Below are positions 1 through 10,143 of a DNA stretch of 64,000 bases, one piece after another. This stretch comes from a virus (Duplodnaviria; Heunggongvirae; Uroviricota; Caudoviricetes). Made by a program: the position numbers and the translations under genes. Within the stretch, counting starts at the first letter, position 1, and the number at the start of each line of letters is the position of its first letter. Under the pieces are notes generated by a model. It saw nothing but the letters and a program-made list of their open reading frames with translations. It had not been told where the DNA came from and made no database searches. The stretch lies in IMG/VR virus record IMGVR_UViG_3300049597_000059; one strand, written 5' to 3'.

Positions 1-113
1 GAGAATTACGTATAGGTTTCTTTTTCGTAAACATTAGTGTTCTGTTCTGGATAGATAACCAAGGAAATGATGCATAATATAGCATTAGGTGTTATAAATA
101 ACTAATTAAGTTA

Positions 114-144
114 TTTGTAGATGATTGGAAATCAATTACCTTTG
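114..144 (+). promoter_or_regulatory. Putative Bacteroidota-type sigma-A promoter (TTTG at 114-117, TACCTTTG at 137-144) upstream of first gene
   Basis: Exact TAnnTTTG -7 box 12 nt before ATG at 157; TTTG 19 nt upstream; AT-rich context. Confidence 0.45.
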
Positions 145-156
145 CCCTAATTAAAT

Positions 157-519
157 ATGGAACAACCAACAACCAAGAAGACAATAGTTCAGAAGCTTAG
201 AAAGCCTGTAGAGGATCAATTCGCTATAGCTGAGAAGTATTATTCCCTATTGTCAGCATTGAATGGGTTGAAGCTTACACAGAGGGAAATACAGCTCGTG
301 GCATTTACAGCTATAAGGGGTAACATCTCCTATGCCAACATCCGCCAAGAGTTCTGTGAGAAATACGACAGTACAGCTCCTACAATAAACAACATCATCT
401 CCAAGCTTAAGAAGCTAGGTGTGTTTGTGAAGGATGGGACAAAGGTGAAGGTGAACCCAATGATCATCCTCAACTTCGAGAACGATATAGTGTTACAAAT
501 AACCCTTAGCCATGGATAA
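157..519 (+). CDS. hypothetical protein (basic, possible DNA-binding)
   Basis: 120-aa ORF starting 12 nt after -7 box; no recognisable motif. Confidence 0.4.
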   Translation: MEQPTTKKTIVQKLRKPVEDQFAIAEKYYSLLSALNGLKLTQREIQLVAFTAIRGNISYANIRQEFCEKYDSTAPTINNIISKLKKLGVFVKDGTKVKVNPMIILNFENDIVLQITLSHG

Positions 520-862
520 GCCAATAAGCATGTCCGTTAAGGACTATTTGATCAGGACACTAGCTGTTAAGATGCTCACAAGTGAGAAGACAATTGAGGC
601 TGTTGTCAACCATCAGTTCCAATCCGCTAACGAGGCCCTTGACACCAACCACAGTGTAGAGATATCTGGGTTTGGTAAGTTCCTCTTTAACAACAAAAAG
701 GCTATTAAGAAGCTAGAAGCCCTACACGCTAAGGTGGGAGCCATGGAAAAAATACTGGCTGATGACACAATTACAGAGCAGAGAAGAAATGCTGCTACAG
801 TGACATTAGCTAACACACACATAGCAATCAATCAACTAAAACCAAAGCTCAGATATGATTGA
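512..862 (+). CDS. HU/IHF-like DNA-binding protein
   Basis: 116 aa; segment VEISGFGKF...KK resembles HU/IHF arm region (VxLxGFGxF); crAss-like phages commonly encode IHF-like proteins next to packaging genes. Confidence 0.5.
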   Translation: MDKPISMSVKDYLIRTLAVKMLTSEKTIEAVVNHQFQSANEALDTNHSVEISGFGKFLFNNKKAIKKLEALHAKVGAMEKILADDTITEQRRNAATVTLANTHIAINQLKPKLRYD

Positions 863-1148
863 TTTATCCAAGGTTTATGAAGGATGGAGAAACAAGCTGT
901 TTCCTCCAGCTGAAATGAAGGCCCTAATCACTAAGGTTAGTGAGGAAAGAATGGCCATCTGTAATGATTGTGAGAACATATCTACAAAACATAGGTCTAT
1001 TAGACCAGATGTACATTGTATAGATTGTGGATGCACACTATCAGCTAAAACAAAATGTCTGTCATGTGCTTGCCCTATTGGTAAGTGGAAAGAGATGATG
1101 ACAGATGACGAATATGATGAAATAAAACAAGCTATCGATGGAGAATAA
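855..1148 (+). CDS. Cys-rich putative zinc-binding protein
   Basis: CNDCEN...HCIDCGC...CLSCACP cysteine clusters. Confidence 0.4.
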   Translation: MIDLSKVYEGWRNKLFPPAEMKALITKVSEERMAICNDCENISTKHRSIRPDVHCIDCGCTLSAKTKCLSCACPIGKWKEMMTDDEYDEIKQAIDGE

Positions 1149-1386
1149 CCATGATGTCATATTAAGAAAGATTCCTTTATCAGTTTTACTGGACCACCTA
1201 ACAGAAATATACAATTCTGGTGTGGATTACATTGACATCCTTGGTGTTAATGGTATAGAACAGGATAAAATAGGGATTGCCTTCAACTCATCATATATGT
1301 CTCCTGAGGAAGACACAAATTTAGACCTAGACGAATCACAAATAAATATAAAATTGTCCGATGAGGACCTAAACCAATTATTATAA
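1138..1386 (+). CDS. hypothetical acidic protein
   Basis: ORF in tight operon, overlaps neighbours by a few nt. Confidence 0.35.
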   Translation: MENNHDVILRKIPLSVLLDHLTEIYNSGVDYIDILGVNGIEQDKIGIAFNSSYMSPEEDTNLDLDESQINIKLSDEDLNQLL

Positions 1387-1391
1387 ATACA

Positions 1392-1682
1392 GTGAGTAAG
1401 AAGAATTATTATAATAGTATAATTCATACGCTTCAAGAACTACATAAGGGATTCCCAGAGTATAATATGGGAAGACACATCGCTACAGCTCTTGATGAAT
1501 ATGGAGATATATGGGGAATGACAGATAAGGAATTAGCCTTTGCCATGGACAAGTATAAAACAAAGCTTGAAATGGATATTCCCCATACAGACGAATCTGA
1601 GATTGATAAGATTATCAAGGAAGGAATGGATCTGGACAATATTTTAAAAGAAGAAGACGAAGATTATGGCGACAACTATTAA
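1392..1682 (+). CDS. hypothetical acidic protein
   Basis: ORF in operon; Asp/Glu-rich C-terminus. Confidence 0.35.
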   Translation: MSKKNYYNSIIHTLQELHKGFPEYNMGRHIATALDEYGDIWGMTDKELAFAMDKYKTKLEMDIPHTDESEIDKIIKEGMDLDNILKEEDEDYGDNY

Positions 1683-2001
1683 AAAAACTACATTTATAAA
1701 TACAGAGCTTGAATGGGCTGAGTCACAACTTACGTCTTGGAAAGCTTATGTGGATGCAAACCCACTACACGAACTAAAAGACAGGATTGAGTGGAAACCT
1801 ACAGCTAAAGGAGGAATGTTACCAATGGTAATTGCAAGCATTGAGGCACAAGGTAAGTTTGTACAAGAAACAATGAAGAACTATCTAGCCCTTATTGAGG
1901 TGGTAGACAAGCTAAGAAGTGTTGAAGAGGCTAAGGTGGAAGTGAGAGGTAAAGGGGAATTATCTGGTGCTGCAGAAGAGTTTCTTAAGAACAGAAGATA
2001 A
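1666..2001 (+). CDS. hypothetical protein immediately upstream of TerL (candidate small terminase subunit)
   Basis: Position only; 111 aa; stop overlaps TerL start (TAATGA). Confidence 0.3.
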   Translation: MATTIKKTTFINTELEWAESQLTSWKAYVDANPLHELKDRIEWKPTAKGGMLPMVIASIEAQGKFVQETMKNYLALIEVVDKLRSVEEAKVEVRGKGELSGAAEEFLKNRR

Positions 2002-4031
2002 TGAGTAGTGTACACATACAGAGTATAGATTACAAAGACTGGTTTATTAATCAGAAGCGTCTGCCAGACAGAGCATCTGATGAGTATAAACCGTTTTATG
2101 ATTTTCATAAAGACTTATGTTTAAATGGTTGTATGATGGGGGGTGTATATATCAACCCCTTTTTATATTGGCACCTAAACATCTGGCATACAGAGGTGGA
2201 TATTATTGATGAGTATGGAAGGATTGCACAGAAATATGCTAATCCTTTATTACGTGATAACGAGTGGCTGGTAACAAACGAAATTGACAGAGCACAGAAA
2301 GAAAGAAAAGGCTTAGTCATTCTAGGTATTAGACGTTTTGCTAAGTCCGTTATTGAGGCATCTTATATTGCATGGGGTGCAACATTTGATGAAAACTCAC
2401 AAAACATTATTGCTGGTTTGAACGCTCCAGATATTAAGCTTATTACAGATAAGATTGATAAGGGGCTTAACTTCATTCCAGAATATTGGAGATGGCAGAG
2501 AATTGAGGATAACTGGAAAAACCAAGTTACGCTTGGTATCAAGACTAAGTCTGGAGAACGTATCCCCTTTTCTTCCATCTTAATTCGTAACCTTGATGAA
2601 GGTAATAATGAAGAGGCTATCGCAGGTACAAAACCACGTAAATTAATTATAGATGAGATTGGTAAAGGAAATTTCCTTCGAGGTTTACAGGCAGCTATTC
2701 CTGGTTTCACTACACCCTATGGCTGGGGATGTTCTCCTATTCTTACTGGGACTGGTGGTGATATGAAGAAATTTATGGATGCAAAGAGCTTAATGTTCGA
2801 TGTAGACAACTTCAATTTCCTTACATATAATAATGAGAAAGACACAACTCGCATACATGGACTCTTTATATCTAATAAATATAGAATGGAGGCCAAAGAG
2901 AAGAGCTCTCTTGGAGCTTTCTTAAGTGAGCCTTACACATCTGATTTACATAAGATTGAGATGTTGGTAAGTGACCAAGAGAAGGCTGACCAAATCACTG
3001 TGCAAAACTTAGAAAGACTTAAGAAAGCTGGTGATAGAGTTGCCTATCTAAAAGAAAAGATGTACTACCCACAGGAAGTGGATGACATATTCCTCAATGA
3101 AGACACCAACATCTTTGATATTGAGGCTGCTAAAAGACAGAAGAGCAGACTATTACAACAAGAAAGAACAGGTACACCTATTATATTATTTAATGATGGA
3201 GAGAAGATAAGTCACGAGTTTACAGATAAGCTTCCTATATCTAACTTCCCTCTTAAGAATAGTGATCAGAAAGATGCTCCTGTTGTTATATATGAATTCC
3301 CAATTGATAATCCTCCTTATGGATTATATGTAGCTGGGGTCGATCCATATAGACAAGGACAATCTGCATATTCAAGTTCGTTAGGATCTGTGTATATTTA
3401 TAAAAGAATGCACGACCTAACAGGTGAGAAATATCAAGATATGTTCGTAGCTTCGTATTGTGCTAGACCTGAAAAGAAGGAAACTTGGGAAGAACAAGCT
3501 AGACTTCTTATCAAGTATTACAATGCTAGAACGCTTTGTGAGAATGATGATATATCATTTATAGAATATATGAAGGCTAAAGGGGATGCTCACTATTTAG
3601 AAAAGCAACCTCAATGGCTTATGGAGATTGTTCCAAACACAACGGTTAAACGTGAGTATGGAATTCATCGTTCAAGTCAGAAGATAATTGACTATCTTCA
3701 CAACTGCTTAAAAAAGTATTTGGAAGGAACAATATATAAAGAGACAAATGAAGCTGGTGAGACTGTGAGAGAAGTGTTGGGTGTGAGTAAGATCTTTGAT
3801 CCTGTATTACTTGAAGAAGTTATTCAGTACAATGACTCAGGTAACTTTGACCGTATCATTGCTGCAGAACTAGCTATTGCTCAAGCACTTAAAATGGATC
3901 CTATATTTGGAAAGATTGGTGGATCTAGTGATGATAGAGTGAAAGCAATGCATTCAGGATCACCAAAGAACCCTTTATTTTCTACATCAAGAGGAATATT
4001 TAATAAAAGAAAACGTAAACTTTTTACATAA
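2001..4031 (+). CDS. terL: terminase large subunit
   Basis: 676 aa; Walker A-like GIRRFAKS; Walker B-like KLIIDEIG; RNaseH-like nuclease signature LYVAGVDPYRQG in the C-terminal half; adjacent to portal. Confidence 0.65.
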   Translation: MSSVHIQSIDYKDWFINQKRLPDRASDEYKPFYDFHKDLCLNGCMMGGVYINPFLYWHLNIWHTEVDIIDEYGRIAQKYANPLLRDNEWLVTNEIDRAQKERKGLVILGIRRFAKSVIEASYIAWGATFDENSQNIIAGLNAPDIKLITDKIDKGLNFIPEYWRWQRIEDNWKNQVTLGIKTKSGERIPFSSILIRNLDEGNNEEAIAGTKPRKLIIDEIGKGNFLRGLQAAIPGFTTPYGWGCSPILTGTGGDMKKFMDAKSLMFDVDNFNFLTYNNEKDTTRIHGLFISNKYRMEAKEKSSLGAFLSEPYTSDLHKIEMLVSDQEKADQITVQNLERLKKAGDRVAYLKEKMYYPQEVDDIFLNEDTNIFDIEAAKRQKSRLLQQERTGTPIILFNDGEKISHEFTDKLPISNFPLKNSDQKDAPVVIYEFPIDNPPYGLYVAGVDPYRQGQSAYSSSLGSVYIYKRMHDLTGEKYQDMFVASYCARPEKKETWEEQARLLIKYYNARTLCENDDISFIEYMKAKGDAHYLEKQPQWLMEIVPNTTVKREYGIHRSSQKIIDYLHNCLKKYLEGTIYKETNEAGETVREVLGVSKIFDPVLLEEVIQYNDSGNFDRIIAAELAIAQALKMDPIFGKIGGSSDDRVKAMHSGSPKNPLFSTSRGIFNKRKRKLFT

Positions 4032-6616
4032 TGGCAATTATACGGTATACAAAAGATGCTACAATTAGGTATGCATATTTAAATATATTTCCTGATCAGT
4101 TCAAGACTGAGAAGGAGAAGCAAGATGAGAGTTGGATTAAAAACACAATGGACTATTTTGCCAACAAATCATACGCTGAGTATGTGAAGAACAGAGACAC
4201 CTTTGTCAAGAACTATGATCTTGTTAAGGGTATTTTGCGTATGGAGGATTTCTATCAAGAGCCTGTTGTAAGTAGCTTTACACAAACATTAGAAGCTAAC
4301 TTAAATCTTCCTTCATATGTAAAGATGTATTCTATCATTACTACTCCTCTTAATGAGTTAGTTGGTGAGATTTCTAAAAGACCTGATGCTTTCCGTGTGA
4401 AGGCATTTGATGACGATAGTCAAGCTGAAGAACTAGAATTCAAAACTGGTATTCTACAGGAATACATCATGAATGAAGCTAGACAAAAGATATTAACTAA
4501 AGCTCAGCTAGATGGACAAGAGTTAGAAGATGAAGAAGTTCAACAGATGACACTTGATCAAGTGAAGGATGAGTTGGATAGCTATACGTCTGTTGCTGAG
4601 AAATGGGCTAACCATATTCTTACATGCCAGAAGGCAGAGTTTAATCTTAAGGAGAAATCAGAAGATGCCTTCAGAGATATGTTGATTTCAGCTAGAGAGT
4701 TCTATCATATATATGAGGACAACTCTAAGCTTGGTTTTAATATTGAGGTGGCTAACCCTAAGAACACTTGGTTCCTAACTACACCAGATAGAAAGTATGT
4801 TTCAGATCCTACAGGTAGAGCACAAGGAGCTTATGCTGCTGGTATTGTACAGGTGATGGAACTATCTGAAATCATTGAAGCTATTCCTGACTTAACTAAA
4901 GATGAAATAGATCACTTACGTAGTTCTCTACAAGACTATGGTTTGATCAACGTACGTGAATCAAATCTTGGTAATCCAAATGCGACACCTGGTATTGATT
5001 CAGTACAATATGATACATACGATCCTCTTGTTCTACAAACAAGAATGATTATTGAATCAGAAATGAAAGAGAATGATGATGGACTTAAAGACTTCTTAGG
5101 TCTTACATCTAACGTAAGCTCATTTGGTTATAAGTATGTGGTAGTTAGAGCTTATTGGATCTCTAAGAAGAAGATTGGTAAGTTGGTCTACACAGATGAA
5201 ATGGGTAATGAGCAATCTATGCTTGTTGATGAAACCTATAAGAGTAAGACTATTCCTACAGAGATTTCTCTAGAGTGGGGTTGGATTAACCAATGGTATC
5301 AAGGTATAAAGATTGGTCCAGACATTTATCATGTTAAACCATATAAATTATTAAACTATTGTCCTATCATTGGATTGGTTCATGAGGTTAAGAATACAGA
5401 AGCTAAGAGCTTAGTGGACTTAATGAAACCATTCCAAGTGTTATATAATGTATGTATGAACCAGCTTTATACACTTCTTGAGAAGGAAGTTGGTAAGGTG
5501 TATTTAACATCCATCAGACATATTCCTGTTCCTAAGGATGGTGATGCTCAAGATGCTTTAGATATATGGGAACTAGAAGCTCGTAATAGAGGAGTTGTAT
5601 TTATCGATGACTCTCCTGAAAACTTAAAGAGTCCTTCTAGCTTTAACCAGTTTAGAGATATTGACCTTACACGTACGCAGGAGATTCAATCTCGTTACAC
5701 GTTAGCTATGCAGTTAAAAACTGAGTGTTGGGAACTAGTGGGTATGTCTAGACAAAGAATGGGATCTGTATCAGCTAGTGAAAGTGCTACAGGTACAAAC
5801 GCAGCTCTTACGCAATCTTATTCTCAAACAGAACCTTTATTCGTAGCTCATGAATATGTTCTTGGTCAGTTGTACCAGGCTATCATTGATGCTGCTTTAT
5901 ATGTAGAATCTAGTAAACCACAATCCACCCTATCATACATTACATCTGATGGAGAGTCTGCTTTCGTACAGGTGAATGGAACTGATCTCAAATTCCGTGA
6001 CCTTAAGGTGTTCTTAACCAATCGCCCTGAAGATCAGAAAATGTTTAACGAATTACGTGGATTGTCTCAAGCTGTTATACAAAATGGTGGTTCATTACAT
6101 GATATCATTGAACTCTACAGCACTGATTCTGTACGTAAGATGAAGAAGGTATTCAAGAGCCTTAAGGATAAGCAAGATGCTATGCAACAACAACAGTTGG
6201 ATCTGCAACAGCAACAGCAACAACAGCAGCAAGAGCAAGCTATGGCTCAAATTCAACAGGCTCAAGAAGCTCAAGAGAAACAATTGGCTCATGATGACTA
6301 TCAGAAGGAACTTGATAGAATCAATAAGAAAGAGATTGCACTTATTGCTGCTGAATCAAAAAGTGGTCCTCTATCAGATTTTGATATGTCTGGAGCTCCT
6401 GATGTATTGGAAATCAATAAGTTAGGTTTAGAACAATCTAAAGCTGCTAATGAATATCAACTAAGACTTCAAGAGATTCAATCTAGAACAAGACAAGATG
6501 CTGAGAAACTTCAATTAGAAAGAGAGAAGTTACAAGTGGCTAGAGAAAACCAAGCAAACGATTTAGCTGTTGCTAAAGAAAATGCTAAGGGTAGAGCGAA
6601 TAAGAAAACTAAGTAA
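4031..6616 (+). CDS. portal protein (candidate)
   Basis: 861 aa directly downstream of TerL; size and position as in crAss-like phages; C-terminal polyQ/coiled-coil tail. Confidence 0.5.
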   Translation: MAIIRYTKDATIRYAYLNIFPDQFKTEKEKQDESWIKNTMDYFANKSYAEYVKNRDTFVKNYDLVKGILRMEDFYQEPVVSSFTQTLEANLNLPSYVKMYSIITTPLNELVGEISKRPDAFRVKAFDDDSQAEELEFKTGILQEYIMNEARQKILTKAQLDGQELEDEEVQQMTLDQVKDELDSYTSVAEKWANHILTCQKAEFNLKEKSEDAFRDMLISAREFYHIYEDNSKLGFNIEVANPKNTWFLTTPDRKYVSDPTGRAQGAYAAGIVQVMELSEIIEAIPDLTKDEIDHLRSSLQDYGLINVRESNLGNPNATPGIDSVQYDTYDPLVLQTRMIIESEMKENDDGLKDFLGLTSNVSSFGYKYVVVRAYWISKKKIGKLVYTDEMGNEQSMLVDETYKSKTIPTEISLEWGWINQWYQGIKIGPDIYHVKPYKLLNYCPIIGLVHEVKNTEAKSLVDLMKPFQVLYNVCMNQLYTLLEKEVGKVYLTSIRHIPVPKDGDAQDALDIWELEARNRGVVFIDDSPENLKSPSSFNQFRDIDLTRTQEIQSRYTLAMQLKTECWELVGMSRQRMGSVSASESATGTNAALTQSYSQTEPLFVAHEYVLGQLYQAIIDAALYVESSKPQSTLSYITSDGESAFVQVNGTDLKFRDLKVFLTNRPEDQKMFNELRGLSQAVIQNGGSLHDIIELYSTDSVRKMKKVFKSLKDKQDAMQQQQLDLQQQQQQQQQEQAMAQIQQAQEAQEKQLAHDDYQKELDRINKKEIALIAAESKSGPLSDFDMSGAPDVLEINKLGLEQSKAANEYQLRLQEIQSRTRQDAEKLQLEREKLQVARENQANDLAVAKENAKGRANKKTK

Positions 6617-6618
6617 TT

Positions 6619-7149
6619 ATGTTAGATAGGCTGATTGACGTTGTGTTACAATTTGGCTCAGACGTACTTCCTGGTATTATTATTAGGGATTATGAGGAGG
6701 CTGTACTTCTAAGATTTGGTAAATTTAAAAAGGTGTTGAAACCTGGGTTCCACCCAAAGATACCATTTGCGGATGAAGTGATTGAGCAACATGTCGTTGT
6801 GACAACATTAAGTCTTCCAGCACAATCTTTGTACACTAGTGATAGACAGAACATTGTTGTCAAGGGTGTAATCAAATACAAGATATCAGATGTAAAAACA
6901 TTCCTGTTAGAAGTGTTTGATGCCCAAGATGCAATAGCTGACATGTCACAAAGTGTCATAAAAAATGTAATCATGTCTATGTCCCTGGAAGAATGTACAG
7001 ATGCAGAACTTGATAACACATTAACTAAGAAGGTAAGGGTTGAAGCAAGGAAGTGGGGTGTTGAGATTCAACAAGTTACGCTCACTGACCTAGCCCCAAT
7101 TAAGAGCTTTAGGTTAATAAATGACACAATTACAAACAATCTTGATTAG
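6619..7149 (+). CDS. hypothetical head-associated protein
   Basis: ORF between portal and scaffold-like gene. Confidence 0.35.
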   Translation: MLDRLIDVVLQFGSDVLPGIIIRDYEEAVLLRFGKFKKVLKPGFHPKIPFADEVIEQHVVVTTLSLPAQSLYTSDRQNIVVKGVIKYKISDVKTFLLEVFDAQDAIADMSQSVIKNVIMSMSLEECTDAELDNTLTKKVRVEARKWGVEIQQVTLTDLAPIKSFRLINDTITNNLD

Positions 7150-7269
7150 AGTGAATTACATTAATGCTATATTATCGTGAATAATGAGCCTTATAGTGCA
7201 CTACCTCTTTGGTATTAATTTATAATAATATACTTTTACATCTGAAAACCAATAATAAATAAACTACAT

Positions 7270-8532
7270 ATGGCTGAAAATCTAGAAAACCCATCAATGG
7301 GAAACTTTAGTATTCAAGATACTATGGAAATGGGTATGGGAAACCAAGAACTTTTAAGCGATTTATTTGCTCCTGAAACTTCTACTACCAATCCTGATGA
7401 TATCCAAGATATTAAAGATGAACCTGCTCCTGCACCTAAACCTGCAAAGAAGACACCAGCTCCTGCTGCTGCTCCAGAAGAGAATGATGAGGAAAATAAA
7501 GAAGATAATAAAAAATCTTTACAGGACTTTTTACTAGGTGGAGATGATGAAGAGGATAATGATGAAGATGATTCTCCTGCTCCAGCTCCCAAAGCAAAAG
7601 CTCCTACAGATACAGAAGATGATGAAGAAACAGAGGGTGATGAACCAGCTAGTCCATTTACATCTCTATCTAGAGACCTTTTCAAACTTGGTGTATTCAC
7701 CAATGATGAAGATGATGAAGAAGTTGCAATTTCTACTCCTGAAGAATTCCTTGAGCGTTTCCAAGCTGAGAAAAAGAAAGGAGCTATTGAGGTGGTAAAT
7801 AACTTCATTGGTCAATTTGGAGAAGATTATCAACAAGCATTTGATGCCATATTTGTAAAAGGAGTAGATCCAAAAGAGTATTTCGGTACTTATAATAATA
7901 TAAAGAGTTTCGCTGAGATGGATTTAGCAGACGAAGCTAACCAAGTTGCAGTAATTAAACAAGCACTTTCTGATCAAGGATTTGATCCTGAGGATGTTAC
8001 AACAGAACTCGAAAGGTTGAAAAATTACGGTGATTTGGAAACTGTTGCTACAAGACACCACAAAGTGTTAGTTAAGAAAGAAGCGGTAAAGCTTCAAGAA
8101 ATGGAGCAAGAGAATGAAAAAAGATTACAACAGCAAGCTGCTGTTAAACAGCAATATTTTCAAAACGTTCAGTCAGTATTACAAGAAAAACTAAAAACAA
8201 AAGAGTTTGACGGTATTCCTCTGAACCCTAAATTGGCTGGTGAACTACAAGATTTCCTGTTAGTAGATAAGTATAAGACAGCATCTGGTGAGACTCTCAC
8301 AGATTTTGATCGTACTATTCTAGAACTTAAACGTCCTGAAAACCATGCAACGAAGGTTAAGATTGGACTTTTATTAAAGATTTTAGAAAAGGACCCTACT
8401 CTATCTACAATACAAAAGACTGGTATCACCAAGAAGTCAAATGAATTGTTTGGTGAAGTTGCTAGACAAGTTAGCAAAAGTTCTACAAAAACAGGAAATA
8501 AGCCCAAGCCTACAACTTCATGGTTTCAATAA
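7270..8532 (+). CDS. acidic scaffold-like protein (candidate)
   Basis: 420 aa; N-terminal 150 aa extremely Asp/Glu/Pro/Ala-rich (PAPAPKPAKK, DDEEDNDEDD); located just before the putative MCP. Confidence 0.4.
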   Translation: MAENLENPSMGNFSIQDTMEMGMGNQELLSDLFAPETSTTNPDDIQDIKDEPAPAPKPAKKTPAPAAAPEENDEENKEDNKKSLQDFLLGGDDEEDNDEDDSPAPAPKAKAPTDTEDDEETEGDEPASPFTSLSRDLFKLGVFTNDEDDEEVAISTPEEFLERFQAEKKKGAIEVVNNFIGQFGEDYQQAFDAIFVKGVDPKEYFGTYNNIKSFAEMDLADEANQVAVIKQALSDQGFDPEDVTTELERLKNYGDLETVATRHHKVLVKKEAVKLQEMEQENEKRLQQQAAVKQQYFQNVQSVLQEKLKTKEFDGIPLNPKLAGELQDFLLVDKYKTASGETLTDFDRTILELKRPENHATKVKIGLLLKILEKDPTLSTIQKTGITKKSNELFGEVARQVSKSSTKTGNKPKPTTSWFQ

Positions 8533-8566
8533 ACAATTTATAAACATTAATTAAAAAAATAACAAA

Positions 8567-10120
8567 ATGGCAATTCAAACAATTCCAGGTTTAACTGGCT
8601 TTACGTATGCTCGCGTTGCGTCTATGGACAAGCGTGCAGTAGGTAAGTTGACAGATGCAAACCACTTGGAGAGTTTTCACTCAACTGAGCCAGCAGATTA
8701 TGATAAGAAAATTATCAGTTTGTACACTCAGAGTTCTCTTTACAGTAACGATTTCTTGGATATGATTAACAAGAGCACTCCTTACTATATCGATAACAAC
8801 AGTGATGCTTGGAAGTGGCAAGTACAAGTTCCTTACAAATTCCCTAAAATCATTGATATTCCTGATAGCACTCTAGCTCTAGATAAGCCAGGTATCGATG
8901 GTCAAGAGTTTTCTCTTGTAATTGACACTAATGAGTTCTCTAAGAATGCAATTGTTTCTGTAGGTACTCGTCAGTATGGTCCTCGTTTCTACGTGATTAA
9001 AGATCCTATTCCTTGGAATATGGGCTTTTTGTACACCTTCACTCTTGTGACTGACAACCCTCAAGTAGATTACGTAAGTGCTACTTTCTTACAGACTGGT
9101 ATTGAACTTGAATTAGTTGATGCTGCTATCGGTGAATTCGATCAAGACTTATTAGGTCTTCCTCGTTTAGGTGAGCAAATCACTATGTTTGAATCTTTAG
9201 GTTCTGCATATGGTTATGAGCACAAAATCACTGAGTGGGCTGATGACAAAATGATGCGTGATGCTTCTGGTAAGCCTCTTGATATCTTAGTATATGCTCC
9301 ACAAAGACGTAACCAATTACCTTTAACTCGTAACGATGTTAAATGGGAACCATTTATTGAGTTCTGGATGCGTAAGTCTATGTTAGAATTAAAAGTTAAG
9401 CGTATGATCTGGGCTAAGCCTGGTACCGTGAAGACTAATGGTTCTAAGCAAGAATTAAAGCGTACATCTGCTGGTGTATACCACAGAATGCGTAATAACG
9501 GTAACTTAGTACAATACAACCGTGGTGAGTTCACTGCAAACTTGATTCGTTCAGTGTTTGGTGACTTATTCTATCGTCGTGTTGATGTTAAGGATCGTAG
9601 AGTTAAAATGTACACTAACGAAGCTGGTTTCGATGTGTTCCAACAAGCTCTTAAAAATGATGCACTTAATTCTGGTTTAACTTTCATGGCTGATTCTGGT
9701 AATCGCTACATGCAAGGAGAAGGTCAACACATCACTTACAACTTTGCATTCGATGCAATGGTTACACGTGAAACAGGTCGTGTTGAACTAATTCACTTAA
9801 AAGAATTAGACCTTCCTCAAACTAACTTAGAATTCGGTCAGAACAAAAAATCTACTCCTGTATTCATGGTGTTTGATGTATCTCCAATGAGCGATGGTTC
9901 AATGGTAAACAACATTCGTGAAGTACGTATGAAGGGTGCTCCTTCAATGACTTGGGGTTATATCGATGGAACTCGTCACCACTTAGGTTTTGCTAAGTCT
10001 CAAGGTATGAGTTCTGCGAACAAATTCCCTGGTTATGAGATTTGGATGAAAGACCGTTGTGATGTATTCATTGAAGATTTATCACGTACAGTATTAATCG
10101 AAGAAATACCACAATTCTAA
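8567..10120 (+). CDS. major capsid protein (candidate)
   Basis: 517 aa; position after scaffold-like gene; followed by strong hairpin; codon usage distinct (CGT/GGT-rich), suggesting high expression. Confidence 0.55.
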   Translation: MAIQTIPGLTGFTYARVASMDKRAVGKLTDANHLESFHSTEPADYDKKIISLYTQSSLYSNDFLDMINKSTPYYIDNNSDAWKWQVQVPYKFPKIIDIPDSTLALDKPGIDGQEFSLVIDTNEFSKNAIVSVGTRQYGPRFYVIKDPIPWNMGFLYTFTLVTDNPQVDYVSATFLQTGIELELVDAAIGEFDQDLLGLPRLGEQITMFESLGSAYGYEHKITEWADDKMMRDASGKPLDILVYAPQRRNQLPLTRNDVKWEPFIEFWMRKSMLELKVKRMIWAKPGTVKTNGSKQELKRTSAGVYHRMRNNGNLVQYNRGEFTANLIRSVFGDLFYRRVDVKDRRVKMYTNEAGFDVFQQALKNDALNSGLTFMADSGNRYMQGEGQHITYNFAFDAMVTRETGRVELIHLKELDLPQTNLEFGQNKKSTPVFMVFDVSPMSDGSMVNNIREVRMKGAPSMTWGYIDGTRHHLGFAKSQGMSSANKFPGYEIWMKDRCDVFIEDLSRTVLIEEIPQF

Positions 10121-10143
10121 TCTAACGATTAGGCATAACCTAC

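Noticed and set aside
6095-6425. ORFs 6095-6292 (-) and 6177-6425 (+) inside the portal gene
   Set aside because: They are generated by the CAA/CAG polyQ tract and carry low-complexity Leu/Gln translations.
7314-7808. 164-aa antisense ORF and 86-aa alternate-frame ORF over the acidic scaffold-like region
   Set aside because: Low-complexity Ser translation of the GAN-rich acidic repeat. It is embedded in a better-supported + strand gene.
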